Source: Candidatus Nomurabacteria bacterium (lineage in GTDB: Bacteria > Patescibacteriota > Minisyncoccia > Phycocordibacterales > JAACPR01). From it: 64,000 bases of DNA. The stretch is from contig JACKFZ010000006.1 of assembly GCA_020632215.1 (NCBI GenBank), positions 12,574 through 76,573 on the forward strand, in the 5' to 3' direction. Positions 1 through 11,070 of this stretch are shown here, in pieces (positions within the stretch are counted from its first letter, which is position 1; each line of letters starts with the position of its first letter). The notes below the pieces were generated by a model. It was not told where the DNA came from, did not search any database, and worked only from the letters and a program-made list of their open reading frames with translations. The translations under genes and the position numbers were made by a program.

Positions 1-539
1 ACAATCGTGGACGGGTCAAAGGTTACCCAATCAAGTAGTTGTATGATCAAAACTACTGCTCGGCAAAGGTGTCTGTTGTGATATATTTCGTCACAACATG
101 ATCCACCAACTATGCTATTCAGAATAAAGATCACAACGGTGAGATCAGGATTTGCACTAGTGAATCTCTCTTGACTCCTTTCTTCCATCATGTCAAAGAG
201 ACCGTCAACGTCTTTATCAGACGCACCTAATAAAAAGATCTTGAGTAGTTTGTAATCACCAAAAACATCCAGCCCAACAGACAGTAACTTGTGGCACAGA
301 TACCTTTTTATGAGCTCCGATCTGAAAAAAATTGACAAATCACCTGCATATAGATAATCCTTTTCATTCAAGCTTAGTAACCAAACAACCTTGCCAATAG
401 CTTGCATGATCGGACCACACCTAAAAAGTCTATCTATGTTGTCATCAGACAACTTCCCACGCAACATTGGAATTAAAAAAGCAAGAGTACCAATTACCAC
501 AAAGGTTATAGAAACCAATATTACAATAATTGTATTCAC
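1..539 (-). CDS. hypothetical membrane protein (partial; runs off the window start)
   Basis: Reverse-strand reading frame that is open from the window edge. A GTG start at 537-539 is preceded by a GGAGG ribosome-binding site (complement of 551-555). The N-terminus is a hydrophobic transmembrane segment (NTIIVILVSITFVVIGTLAFLIP). No recognisable family. Confidence 0.3.
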   Translation of the reverse strand, partial: MNTIIVILVSITFVVIGTLAFLIPMLRGKLSDDNIDRLFRCGPIMQAIGKVVWLLSLNEKDYLYAGDLSIFFRSELIKRYLCHKLLSVGLDVFGDYKLLKIFLLGASDKDVDGLFDMMEERSQERFTSANPDLTVVIFILNSIVGGSCCDEIYHNRHLCRAVVLIIQLLDWVTFDPSTI

Positions 540-643
540 GATATTAAGCGCCTCCTTTCAAGCGCAGGATTTTTTGAGTTAAAGTTCTACGGTTCAGGTT
601 TGAATATAGAATAAAAGTAAAAGAGATGCAAATAGAAAAAACC

Positions 644-757
644 GTCATCCCCGATTCGCCTACGGCGAATCGGGGATCTCGCTCAATTACAGAAAGTGCC
701 TGAAGTTCTCGGGATTCCAGAACAACCTGCCTGCAGGCAGACAGGGTCTGGAATGAC
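644..757. repeat. GTCATCC...GGAATGAC palindromic intergenic element (family P, long form)
   Basis: Left arm gtcatcc-ccgattcgcc-tacg-ggcgaatcgg-ggatctcg; right arm tctggaatgac. Nested hairpins. Confidence 0.6.
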
Positions 758-837
758 AATACGTGCCTAAAGTTGTACGAGATCCTGACCGCGTCTGATG
801 CGGCAGGAAGACGGTAATTTTAATTATCAATTATGAA

Positions 838-1824
838 TTAGACCACAAAATCATCTAGAGAGTAGCTCTCTTCATCATCTTTCTGTTTCTCCTCGTCACT
901 TCTATCATCAGATAGTTCTACCTGTTCATCTTCTGGCTCTTTTTCCACTCCCAGATTGTCATTATTAACAACATTATTTGAAACTTCTACTTCTTTATTC
1001 AAAACTGCCAAGATTTTTTTCAAATCATCTTCATTGAAATAGTCTATTTGTATCTTTCCTCCTACTTCTTTTGGCTCTATGTGAACTCTAGTTCCAAGTG
1101 AGTCACTAGCTTGTTGTTCCATCTCTACAATATCTGGAGAAAACATTCGATCTTTTTTACGAACTTTGTCATAGGCTATTTGTCTAGATATTCTCTCTGC
1201 TTCCCGAACAGTCATTTTTTTCAAAAGAATTTCTCGGAATAAAGTACTTTGTTCTTCTGGTCTATCGATAAGCATTAAGAGAGGACGAGTATGTCCTTCA
1301 GATATTTTTCCTTCTGCAAGAGCGTTGAGTATTTCTTCTGACAACATTAGCAGACGCAAGGTGTTTGATACATATTCCCTACTCTTTCCGACTTTTTTGG
1401 CAACATCAACATGTTTCAATCCAAATTCGTCTACCAATTGTTTGAAAGCTCTGGCACGATCTACAGCGTTCAAATCCTCTCTTTGTAAGTTTTCAATGAT
1501 GGCCAGTTCTAGTTTCACTCTATCATCATCTTCTTGAGAACGAATAAGGACTGGCACTTCACGCAAGCCTGCAAGTTTTGATGCTCTTAATCTTCTCTCC
1601 CCAGAAATAAGTTCGTATTCCACTGCCAAACCACCATCATCTTTCTGATATTCTTTTCTAGTAACAACCAGAGGCTGTAAAACGCCATACATACGAATAG
1701 AATCTGACAAACTTTTCAACGGTCCTTCATCAAACTCCTTTCTAGGTTGATACGGGTTTGGCTTTATTTTTTCAACTTCTACAAAATAGACTGAATTGTC
1801 CTGAAATGCTGTGTTGTTGTTCAT
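838..1824 (-). CDS. parB: ParB/Spo0J-like partition protein with an acidic C-terminal tail
   Basis: Has the ParB N-terminal box (KIKPNPYQPRKEFDEGPLKSLSDSIRMYGVLQPLVV) and a helix-turn-helix region. The ORF track extends to 1881, but the likely start is the Met of MNNNTAFQ. The C-terminus is an acidic low-complexity tail (EDEQVELSDDRSDEEKQKDDEESYS). Confidence 0.8.
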   Translation of the reverse strand: MNNNTAFQDNSVYFVEVEKIKPNPYQPRKEFDEGPLKSLSDSIRMYGVLQPLVVTRKEYQKDDGGLAVEYELISGERRLRASKLAGLREVPVLIRSQEDDDRVKLELAIIENLQREDLNAVDRARAFKQLVDEFGLKHVDVAKKVGKSREYVSNTLRLLMLSEEILNALAEGKISEGHTRPLLMLIDRPEEQSTLFREILLKKMTVREAERISRQIAYDKVRKKDRMFSPDIVEMEQQASDSLGTRVHIEPKEVGGKIQIDYFNEDDLKKILAVLNKEVEVSNNVVNNDNLGVEKEPEDEQVELSDDRSDEEKQKDDEESYSLDDFVV

Positions 1825-1876
1825 AAGTAGAAAAATTGTAACATAATTAGAATGTAGTATGAAGAATGTAGCACCA

Positions 1877-1926
1877 GTCATCCTGAACTTTGGCGCGAGC
1901 CTGTCGAGCGTTAAGGATTCAGGATC
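1877..1926. repeat. family P palindromic element (short form)
   Basis: Termini gtcatcctgaac and ttcaggatc. Confidence 0.6.
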
Positions 1927-2118
1927 TTTTTAAAATGATCTTACATAGCATGTTTACTCCTTACATAACTACAGAATGACACAGTTGCTACTTTCCCATT
2001 TTAAGTTATTATGTCTGACACAACAAAGTTTTGCCGAAGTGGCCAAAAGTATTAGCTGGTAGACGCACAGGTGCCCTTTGTCGCTAAAGTTTGTAAGATT
2101 AAAGAAAACGTATTACTT

Positions 2119-2200
2119 GCCGGAGTGATGAAATTGGTAAACATGCACGACTCAAAATCGTGTGCCGCAAGGCTTGTGGGTTCAAGTCCCACCTCCGGCA
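2119..2200 (+). tRNA. tRNA-Leu (anticodon CAA)
   Basis: Cloverleaf read by eye. The acceptor stem pairs gccggag with ctccggc. The anticodon stem-loop is cacga-cTCAAAa-tcgtg, giving anticodon CAA. It has a long variable arm (gccgcaaggcttgtg) and a T-arm GGTTCAAGTCC. The track ORF 2071..3105 spuriously reads through it. Confidence 0.75.
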
Positions 2201-2208
2201 CTATTTCA

Positions 2209-3105
2209 ATGAACAAACCAAAGATTTTAGTCATACTAGGACAAACAGCCACTGGTAAAAGTGATTTGGCTGTTGATTCAGCCAAGACATTTCATGGTGA
2301 AATTATCTCTGCTGACTCCAGACAAGTATATAAAGGGCTTAATATCGGTTCTGGAAAGATTACCAAAAAGGAAATGAAAAAAGTGCCACATCATTTACTT
2401 GATGTCCTTTCTCCAAAAAGGACTTTCTCTGTCTCTCAGTTTCAAAAGAAAAGCACTAAAATCATCAAGGATATTTTTAAAAAAGATAAATTACCTATCA
2501 TATGTGGTGGCACCGGTTTTTATATTCAATCAATAGTTGATGATCTCTCAATTCCCACTGTTAAGGAAAATAAAGAATTAAGAAAAAAATTAGAAAAATG
2601 GAAAACTGAGAAACTTTTTGAAACATTAGAAAAACTTGACCCTGAACGAGCTCAGAGTATTGATAGAAACAATAGAGTGAGATTGATTAGAGCTATAGAG
2701 ATAGTAAAGAGTATTGGTAAAGTACCAAAGATTAGAAAAAGTAGTCCCTATGATGTTCTCCAGATTGGACTAGAATGGCCAGATAATATTTTGAAGAAGA
2801 GAATAAAGGATAGACTTTTGAAAAGAATAAAGAGTGGAATGATAAAAGAAGTAAAAGATTTACATAAAAATGGTTTGTCTTGGAAAAGGATGGAGCAATT
2901 GGGATTAGAGTATAGGTATGTCTCTTTGTTTTTACAAAACAAAATATCTAAAGAAGAAATGATTGAAAAACTAAATACTGAAATATGGCATTACGCCAAA
3001 AGACAAAAAACTTGGTTTAAGAAAGATAAGAGAATAAAGTGGTTTTCTCCAAAAGAGGTTAGGAAGATAGAAAAAGAGATTAAAGGTTTTCTCTTATCAA
3101 ACTAG
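2209..3105 (+). CDS. miaA: tRNA dimethylallyltransferase
   Basis: P-loop sequence ILVILGQTATGKSDLAV followed by SADSRQVYKGLNIGSGK, typical of MiaA. The start was reset to the first ATG after tRNA-Leu. Confidence 0.85.
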   Translation: MNKPKILVILGQTATGKSDLAVDSAKTFHGEIISADSRQVYKGLNIGSGKITKKEMKKVPHHLLDVLSPKRTFSVSQFQKKSTKIIKDIFKKDKLPIICGGTGFYIQSIVDDLSIPTVKENKELRKKLEKWKTEKLFETLEKLDPERAQSIDRNNRVRLIRAIEIVKSIGKVPKIRKSSPYDVLQIGLEWPDNILKKRIKDRLLKRIKSGMIKEVKDLHKNGLSWKRMEQLGLEYRYVSLFLQNKISKEEMIEKLNTEIWHYAKRQKTWFKKDKRIKWFSPKEVRKIEKEIKGFLLSN

Positions 3106-3511
3106 CAACAGCTTGTAATTCTTCTTCCGGACTATCTTCCCTGCTACCTGGTCTATATAGAAACTTCCTAGGCTCATATTCCGTAATACCTGTATCCCCT
3201 TCTTTTCTCGGTAAAACATGAAGATGAAAGTGTGACACAGATTGACCTGCAATAGCTCCATCATTCCAAGCATAGTTAAAACCCGTAGCATCAAAAGTCT
3301 TCATCGATGCTTCTTTTATTTTCAATCTTAAATCATCAATAGCCTCTTGTTCCTCTTTACTTAGTTCATCAAAACTAGCAATACATCTCTTGGGAGCTAT
3401 TAGAATATGTCCTGGGACAATAGGAATATTTGTCAAAAAAGCCCATGCCAAATCGTTAGACAGAACTTCCCTTTCTTTAATCTCTGGAATTGTGCAAAAT
3501 GGACAAGACAT
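3080..3511 (-). CDS. HIT-family (histidine triad) hydrolase
   Basis: Contains the HFHLHVLPR histidine-triad motif. Convergent with miaA and overlaps its 3' end by 26 nt. Confidence 0.8.
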   Translation of the reverse strand: MSCPFCTIPEIKEREVLSNDLAWAFLTNIPIVPGHILIAPKRCIASFDELSKEEQEAIDDLRLKIKEASMKTFDATGFNYAWNDGAIAGQSVSHFHLHVLPRKEGDTGITEYEPRKFLYRPGSREDSPEEELQAVASLIRENL

Positions 3512-3513
3512 GA

Positions 3514-4362
3514 TTATTTTTTTCTCACATCAAAATATATGCGATATTTTTCTACTTTGTAAGTTTCATCTTCAAAAACATTAAATATTAAATTACCATC
3601 TTTATCTATAAAAAAGTTAATAGTGCCAGAAAACATATTTTCAAATTCACTTTCTTGTGCATCTTCACAATAAGCCAAAGTCGTCATCAGAAGATTAATA
3701 ACAATTCTATTAGCACTGAGACTAAATGTCCCTCCTTTACTGTTACAGTCTGTGCTAATACTAATACTGCCATCATCTGAAAAGTTTAAATTAAATAAAT
3801 CTGGATGATCTGGGTATATATCAGATCCATCATTTACCTCTGCATGATTCCATCTAAAAGTATGCTGCGCAAAGTATTCTATATTTTTTTCATTTACCAA
3901 ATCATCAGAATCTTTATATGATTCAAAAATTATTTCACCATCTTTTTTAACAATAAATTTTCCAGCTTCAGATGTTACTTCAATATTTTCTTTTGTATTT
4001 ATAAATGTAGTGTTACTAATAACATCCAAATTTAAATCATATATATTTTGTCCTGGCATATCTAACACAACAACATCAGATGTGGCGAAAAAAGTTAAAA
4101 TCAGCTCCTCATTTGCCTGTGAAAAATAATGTTCAACTGATGTGTAGATATCTTCTGGTTTTGTTTCATCAGTAATACCAGGTGGTAGGTTTTGATTCAC
4201 ATCAGATTCACCTTCTTCGTAGATCTCAACATTCGCAGACTGATCTTTGTTGTATTTATCAAAAACAAAATCCTCATAAGGATTGCTATTTAAGTAGTTG
4301 AAAAAGAAAAAAGCTGTAACAACTAGTAGAAATAAAATTATATAAATAATTAATCTTTTCAT
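3514..4362 (-). CDS. hypothetical membrane-anchored or secreted protein
   Basis: N-terminal transmembrane/signal segment (LIIYIILFLLVVTAFFFF) with an acidic extracytoplasmic body. No recognisable motif. Confidence 0.45.
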   Translation of the reverse strand: MKRLIIYIILFLLVVTAFFFFNYLNSNPYEDFVFDKYNKDQSANVEIYEEGESDVNQNLPPGITDETKPEDIYTSVEHYFSQANEELILTFFATSDVVVLDMPGQNIYDLNLDVISNTTFINTKENIEVTSEAGKFIVKKDGEIIFESYKDSDDLVNEKNIEYFAQHTFRWNHAEVNDGSDIYPDHPDLFNLNFSDDGSISISTDCNSKGGTFSLSANRIVINLLMTTLAYCEDAQESEFENMFSGTINFFIDKDGNLIFNVFEDETYKVEKYRIYFDVRKK

Positions 4363-4364
4363 GA

Positions 4365-5111
4365 TTATCTCTTTATTACATCAGCTACTATAGCATAATG
4401 ATCACTGACTCCAGTCTCAAAATACATATTTTTTATCTCATATTCTGGTGTAGAAAAAAGTCCATCAACCATATATGGTAAATAACCAGCCCGATGTAGA
4501 TTTGCATCCAAGCTAGTTTCGTATTTTGGATCTATGTTATCTTTATATTTAGAAGATATTATTTCAAAAATTTCCATACCGCGTGGTGCATTAAAGTCAC
4601 CACAAACTACAAGCTCAGAAAGATTCTCTAAACTATTCATTAATCCACCAATATGTTCTTTTTGAAAATTATCTGCCACACCATTCTCACTTTTACAAAA
4701 ATGTGTCGTTGCAATTCTAAAAGAACTATCTCCTTTTTTAAAATCAGCAGACAAAACTACCATAGCTAAATCAGTAAATATACCTTGTCTGTATATCTTA
4801 ATATTTTCTATATCTCTAAAATAATACTCTTTCCTTTCATTATTCTTTTCAAGATTGGAAATAATAGCAATACCAAAATTCCTATACTCAGTCTTTAAAT
4901 GATCTTCCCTTTTCACTTCTTTATAAAACATATTTCCAAACTGATACTGACCTCCGACCTTTTTGGCAAAATCTTTAGCATCATCTTCAAAAACCTCCAT
5001 CATGCACAATACATCAGGTTTAATTCTATCTATTAAATTATTGATCTTATCTAAATGTCTTTTTCCTTCTATATTTACTGAAAGTAGTTTTAAAGGGTCT
5101 TCTCCCGACAT
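4365..5111 (-). CDS. endonuclease/exonuclease/phosphatase (EEP) family protein
   Basis: EEP signature residues GDFNAPRG and C-terminal SDHYAIVADV. Confidence 0.6.
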   Translation of the reverse strand: MSGEDPLKLLSVNIEGKRHLDKINNLIDRIKPDVLCMMEVFEDDAKDFAKKVGGQYQFGNMFYKEVKREDHLKTEYRNFGIAIISNLEKNNERKEYYFRDIENIKIYRQGIFTDLAMVVLSADFKKGDSSFRIATTHFCKSENGVADNFQKEHIGGLMNSLENLSELVVCGDFNAPRGMEIFEIISSKYKDNIDPKYETSLDANLHRAGYLPYMVDGLFSTPEYEIKNMYFETGVSDHYAIVADVIKR

Positions 5112-5194
5112 ATAATTCCATATATTCTAACAAAAAAATTATGTGCTGGCGATTTACTGATTTGATTTATTTTGATAGAGTAAATGGCCATACA

Positions 5195-5265
5195 GGGCGA
5201 TTAGTTAAGTGGCATAATAGAGGTCTCCAAAACCTCGGTCGGGGGTTCGATTCCCTCATCGCCCG
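5195..5265 (+). tRNA. tRNA-Trp (anticodon CCA)
   Basis: Acceptor stem gggcgat/atcgccc. Anticodon arm gaggt-cTCCAaa-acctc gives anticodon CCA. T-arm GGTTCGATTCC. Confidence 0.75.
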
Positions 5266-5267
5266 CA

Positions 5268-5294
5268 TAAAATAAGATCCCCACTTTCGCGGGG
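5268..5294 (-). terminator. GC hairpin (ccccgcgaaagtgggg on the minus strand) followed by a T-rich tract; likely terminator shared by rpmG and tRNA-Trp
   Basis: Palindrome 5279-5294. Same hairpin family as the one at 7072-7087. Confidence 0.45.
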
Positions 5295-5359
5295 ACAACC
5301 AAAAACATAGTCGTCACGTAAAAACAGCTTCGCTGTTCACATGACCTCCTTGTTTTTGT

Positions 5360-5515
5360 TTACTTCTTAGTTTCCTTCCAAACAGTCTTCTTTCGGAGTC
5401 TAGGGTTATATTTTTTAAGCTCCAGCTTCTTTTCAACTGTTTTTTTGTTCTTTCGTGTATAGCGAATATCGCCTGTTTCTGAACACTTTAGTTTTACTAG
5501 TTTATCTTGAGACAT
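5360..5515 (-). CDS. rpmG: 50S ribosomal protein L33 (51 aa; too short for the ORF track)
   Basis: Manual translation of the reverse strand gives [51 protein letters not shown]. This matches the L33 pattern (Cys..Tyr-T-K-N-K.., LELKKYxPRxRKHT). Confidence 0.75.
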   Translation of the reverse strand: MSQDKLVKLKCSETGDIRYTRKNKKTVEKKLELKKYNPRLRKKTVWKETKK

Positions 5516-5651
5516 ATTTTTAGTCCCTACAGACTATCAGACTACGCTAAAAAAGCAAGTTTCCGAGCCATACTTTATCTATATTTCATCATTGACATTA
5601 GTATGAAATGCTGATATAATATGAAAATAATCAATAAATTAAGTAAAAATC

Positions 5652-7025
5652 ATGTTTAAGAGCATTTTATCAAAAGTATTGTTTGTAATCGGGATAATTA
5701 TAATCCTTGTCGTTTTGGCTTGGGCTATTATCAATTTTGTCCCTGTTATATTCTCAGGTCTAGCTAATGTCGGATCTTCAATCGGAAATATTTTCAAAAA
5801 TAAAAATGAGGCAATAGAAGTAGTAGTAAATGATACTGAGCTGGTAGACGGGGAAGACTTTAATGTTCAATGGAGTCTGGACTCAACTGAAAATGGTACT
5901 TACTCTCTATCCTACACTTGTGTAGAAGGACTTCTTTTTGAAATCACTATTGGTGACTCAACAAAAAGAATGATTTGTAATACACCTCTTTCTTTGCCAT
6001 CAGATATTAAGGAAGCTGATATAAAAACTATTTACAAAAAACCTAATTCTTTTGATGATGTTGAACTAATTGTATTCTTCACACCTGATGGACAAACTAA
6101 CTATGAGTATGCAGGAAAAACTTCTTTAACTGTTAAGAATAGTTCAGGGACTGAAAACTCAGATTCACCATCGGATAGCTCGGGAGACCTTTCAGCTTCT
6201 TCGCTTTCTAGCGAACCAGCAGAGAGTGATAACACTACAACTACTGAAACCAGTGCAACTTACACAAGCCAGCCTACTTACACATACAGAACAACTTACT
6301 CAACGCCTGCTGACCTAGCAATATCAAATATTGTTTCAATTCCTGGTAGATCAACTGTTCAATTCACAGTTGCTAATATCGGTGGCAGAAGTACAGGAAA
6401 CTGGCAACTTGCATATACAAACCCAACAACACCAATAACAACGGAGTACTCTCCCCTACAACCATCTCTGGCTCCAGGCCAATCTTTAAGATTTACACTT
6501 GCGTTCACAGAACAAAGTGCTCCTTCAAATACAATCTCAATTTCTGTTGACCCAGGAAATGTTGTATCTGAATCTTCAGAAAGTAATAACTTTGCTACTG
6601 CTATAGTTACTGGAAACTATGTTCCAAACAATAATAATGGATCATACAATCCTAATGATAATGCTGATCTAGAAATCGTTTCAGCAGAAATAGGTAGAGT
6701 TTCTGGTGGTAGATTTATCGAAGACGACAGAGTTAATGATGGTGACGACGTAGTTCTACACTTCCGAGTTTTGAACCGAGGTGGTGAATCTACAGGAAGT
6801 TGGAGATTTGAAATTACTCATACTCCTTTTGATAGCAATGATGATTACAGATCAAGCAGACAAAATTCTCTACGCCCTGGTGAGTATATGGATCTATATG
6901 TAGATTTTGACAATGTAGATGAGGGAGATTATAGAATCAGAATTGAAGTTGACTCTGACGATGATGTAAATGAGGAAAGAGAAAATAATAATACTGAGAC
7001 TGTTGATCTAGAGGTTAGAAATTAA
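5652..7025 (+). CDS. secreted or membrane-anchored protein with tandem CARDB-like domains and a Ser/Thr-rich linker
   Basis: N-terminal transmembrane segment, then an S/T/D-rich low-complexity linker. Two related ~100-aa repeats follow (ADLAISNIVSIPGRSTVQFTVANIGGRSTGNW and ADLEIVSAEIGRVSGG...VLNRGGESTGSW), which resemble CARDB domains. Confidence 0.55.
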   Translation: MFKSILSKVLFVIGIIIILVVLAWAIINFVPVIFSGLANVGSSIGNIFKNKNEAIEVVVNDTELVDGEDFNVQWSLDSTENGTYSLSYTCVEGLLFEITIGDSTKRMICNTPLSLPSDIKEADIKTIYKKPNSFDDVELIVFFTPDGQTNYEYAGKTSLTVKNSSGTENSDSPSDSSGDLSASSLSSEPAESDNTTTTETSATYTSQPTYTYRTTYSTPADLAISNIVSIPGRSTVQFTVANIGGRSTGNWQLAYTNPTTPITTEYSPLQPSLAPGQSLRFTLAFTEQSAPSNTISISVDPGNVVSESSESNNFATAIVTGNYVPNNNNGSYNPNDNADLEIVSAEIGRVSGGRFIEDDRVNDGDDVVLHFRVLNRGGESTGSWRFEITHTPFDSNDDYRSSRQNSLRPGEYMDLYVDFDNVDEGDYRIRIEVDSDDDVNEERENNNTETVDLEVRN

Positions 7026-7071
7026 ACTCAATGTCTTCCTAAAGAAACTAAAAGTCACCTACTACCTCTGT

Positions 7072-7095
7072 CCCCGCGAAAGCGGGGATCTTTTG
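7072..7095 (+). terminator. intrinsic terminator: ccccgc-GAAA-gcgggg hairpin followed by TTTT
   Basis: Perfect 6-bp GC stem with a GAAA tetraloop at 7072-7087 and a T-run at 7091-7094, lying 45 nt after the stop of the 5652..7025 ORF. Confidence 0.65.
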
Positions 7096-7276
7096 TGATA
7101 TTCAGAGTCTCTTTAGAAAGTTTATGAGAATGTAGAATGCGTGCCCCATATAGCGAAGCTTGTTTGGGGTAGTTTGTAGAATAGTTATTAAAAATCATAC
7201 AAACAAGAAAAACTGTCGTGTTAACTGCACGATTTTTTGTATTAGACAAAAATCAATCAATATTGTAGTATCGCAA

Positions 7277-7552
7277 ATGGAAAGGAGTCGGAGCAAACCA
7301 GCCGACACACAAGTTATGGTTAGAGAACGTATTACACATAAAAGTAAATTGTTTACTGTTTTCGGCAGAGTGCTTATTCAAGATCTCCTAGCCAATGCTG
7401 GTCTCGGCGATTACCTCGCATGTGACAGCGGTTTTTATGATCAAGCGGAAGATATTCCATGCTCAGACAAAACCATATTGGAAATGCTCATAAAGTGGGC
7501 TCGGGAAGGAAAAATCTCCGCCGAAAACTTGGTCGAACTCTTGAACGCATAA
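7277..7552 (+). CDS. hypothetical small protein (91 aa)
   Basis: ATG with a weak AAAGGAG-like upstream motif, locally higher GC, and a hairpin plus T-run downstream (7590-7616). No family recognised. The track ORF start at 7160 is unlikely because it sits inside repeat sequence. Confidence 0.35.
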   Translation: MERSRSKPADTQVMVRERITHKSKLFTVFGRVLIQDLLANAGLGDYLACDSGFYDQAEDIPCSDKTILEMLIKWAREGKISAENLVELLNA

Positions 7553-7589
7553 CGTGATAGTCTGCCCGACCAATCAAAAAACTTTTTAA

Positions 7590-7616
7590 AAAAGTCCTCC
7601 CCGGAGGCACTTTTTA
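7590..7616. terminator. A-run / imperfect GC hairpin / T-run, probably a bidirectional terminator
   Basis: aaaaaagtcctccccggaggcacttttt lies between convergent genes at 7277..7552 (+) and 7618..8028 (-). Confidence 0.4.
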
Positions 7617-7617
7617 T

Positions 7618-8028
7618 TTAAGTAATTTTATTAAAATTATCCTTATAAGAATAAGGTAGAAGCTCTTTCAATTTTACCAACTTATCTTTATCCAAACAAA
7701 CATCTGTTTCTTCGTTAATTGGATCAAGTTGAATCATTAATTCTCTACAACGACCGCAAGGTGGAATTACATAAACATCTCCATTCTCATCTTTCCAGAC
7801 AGCAACAACACTCTTAATCTTAGGCTCTTTCTTATCTGTCAGAATTGAACCTATTGCATTATGTTCTGCACAAAAACCCATACTAGAATTCGTATCTAAG
7901 CAAACTCCTGTATATACATCACCTTCTAATGTCTCAAGTGCACAACCAACACCTCCCCAGTAAGAATCCCCGCTTTTACCATTACTTATGACTGAAGATG
8001 CTTTTTCTATTAATTCTTCTATTTTCAT
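7618..8028 (-). CDS. cdd: cytidine/deoxycytidylate deaminase family protein
   Basis: Zinc-binding motifs CAEHNAI and PCGRCRELM. Confidence 0.75.
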   Translation of the reverse strand: MKIEELIEKASSVISNGKSGDSYWGGVGCALETLEGDVYTGVCLDTNSSMGFCAEHNAIGSILTDKKEPKIKSVVAVWKDENGDVYVIPPCGRCRELMIQLDPINEETDVCLDKDKLVKLKELLPYSYKDNFNKIT

Positions 8029-8043
8029 AATTTATATATAATT

Positions 8044-10101
<2,058 letters not shown>

Positions 10102-10224
10102 CTATTTTACCAAAAATTCAAGCTTAACTCAATGGGTAAAAGTGCTTAAAATACTACCTTTTTAGGCCATATTTTGTATAAAAATCTAAGCCGACAGGAA
10201 GGAAACCTATCGGCTTAGAATTCT

Positions 10225-10800
10225 CTATTTTTCGACAAAAATGGCAATCCTTCTCCAATACCTACGGAATCTCTCTATCTCGATAAAATGATGTGGCCAA
10301 TAGCTAGGTTCGTTGGGATCATGAAAGTAGAAACCTTCAATACCGACCCCGTCCTCAACATAGCCAGTCAAAGTAACAAGATGATTGGAACCATTACCAT
10401 TAAACCCCGGCGTGAAAGAAGCGATAACAGGAATTTCCCATTTCATTTCACTGATGATTTTTTCAATTCCTTTTCGCAACATGCGATTATCGAGATTTTG
10501 TTCCTCAAAGGTTTTTTGATCTTGATCAAAGTGCAATGAACGAAATTCTTGGCAATAAGCAACCAAACCGTAATTCCGCAAAAGCCGAACCAGTGCATCA
10601 GAATACCATCCACGACTTTCGTAGCCACCCATAGCGACACCTTCTTGAATAAGTTCATTGGTAGTTGGAGTTAAGTTTTGATCACAAAGAAAATCGATAA
10701 TCATTTTGACACAAACAACACCACAACACCTTGGTCTCCACGATTCTTCAATGTCTAACGAATGTTGAGAGTAAAACGGAATGTCAATTTTTGTTTTCAT
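10225..10800 (-). CDS. peptidase C39-like (papain-fold cysteine peptidase) domain protein
   Basis: N-terminus IPFYSQHS...WRPRCCGVVCVKMI resembles the start of Peptidase_C39_2 / BtrH-like proteins. Confidence 0.45.
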   Translation of the reverse strand: MKTKIDIPFYSQHSLDIEESWRPRCCGVVCVKMIIDFLCDQNLTPTTNELIQEGVAMGGYESRGWYSDALVRLLRNYGLVAYCQEFRSLHFDQDQKTFEEQNLDNRMLRKGIEKIISEMKWEIPVIASFTPGFNGNGSNHLVTLTGYVEDGVGIEGFYFHDPNEPSYWPHHFIEIERFRRYWRRIAIFVEK

Positions 10801-11070
10801 TTTTTAAGGTCCTTTCTAAAGTAAAAGAATATAGATTGGCGATAAATTTTAGTTAAAGAAAAAGTATAATCTAACTAAAAAATAGCTAAAGAAAAAATGA
10901 AATATTTAAAAATAATTTAGAAAGTTTTTGATAACAATTTTAGACTTTTTTATACTTTTTTTTAGAGCAAATGTGTTATGCTCAGACTAAGCGGCAAGCC
11001 CCCACCCAATTGGGTGGGTATTTTTCAATATACAAAATTCTTAAATTAAAAATGAAATTACATTACTGTC

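Noticed and set aside
2071-2208. N-terminal extension of the miaA ORF in the track
   Set aside because: Reads straight through tRNA-Leu(CAA). The start was moved to ATG 2209.
7160-7276. 5' extension of the small ORF at 7277..7552
   Set aside because: The extension is translated from repeat-module sequence (gcgtgccccatatagcgaagc...) and has no ribosome-binding site. The shorter start is preferred.
10800-11070. AT-rich spacer containing the perfect palindrome cccacccaattgggtggg plus a T-run, considered as a small RNA or terminator
   Set aside because: It is downstream of no + strand gene, and on the minus strand it is not followed by a T-run. No tRNA-like or riboswitch-like structure was recognised. 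Left as an unexplained hairpin.
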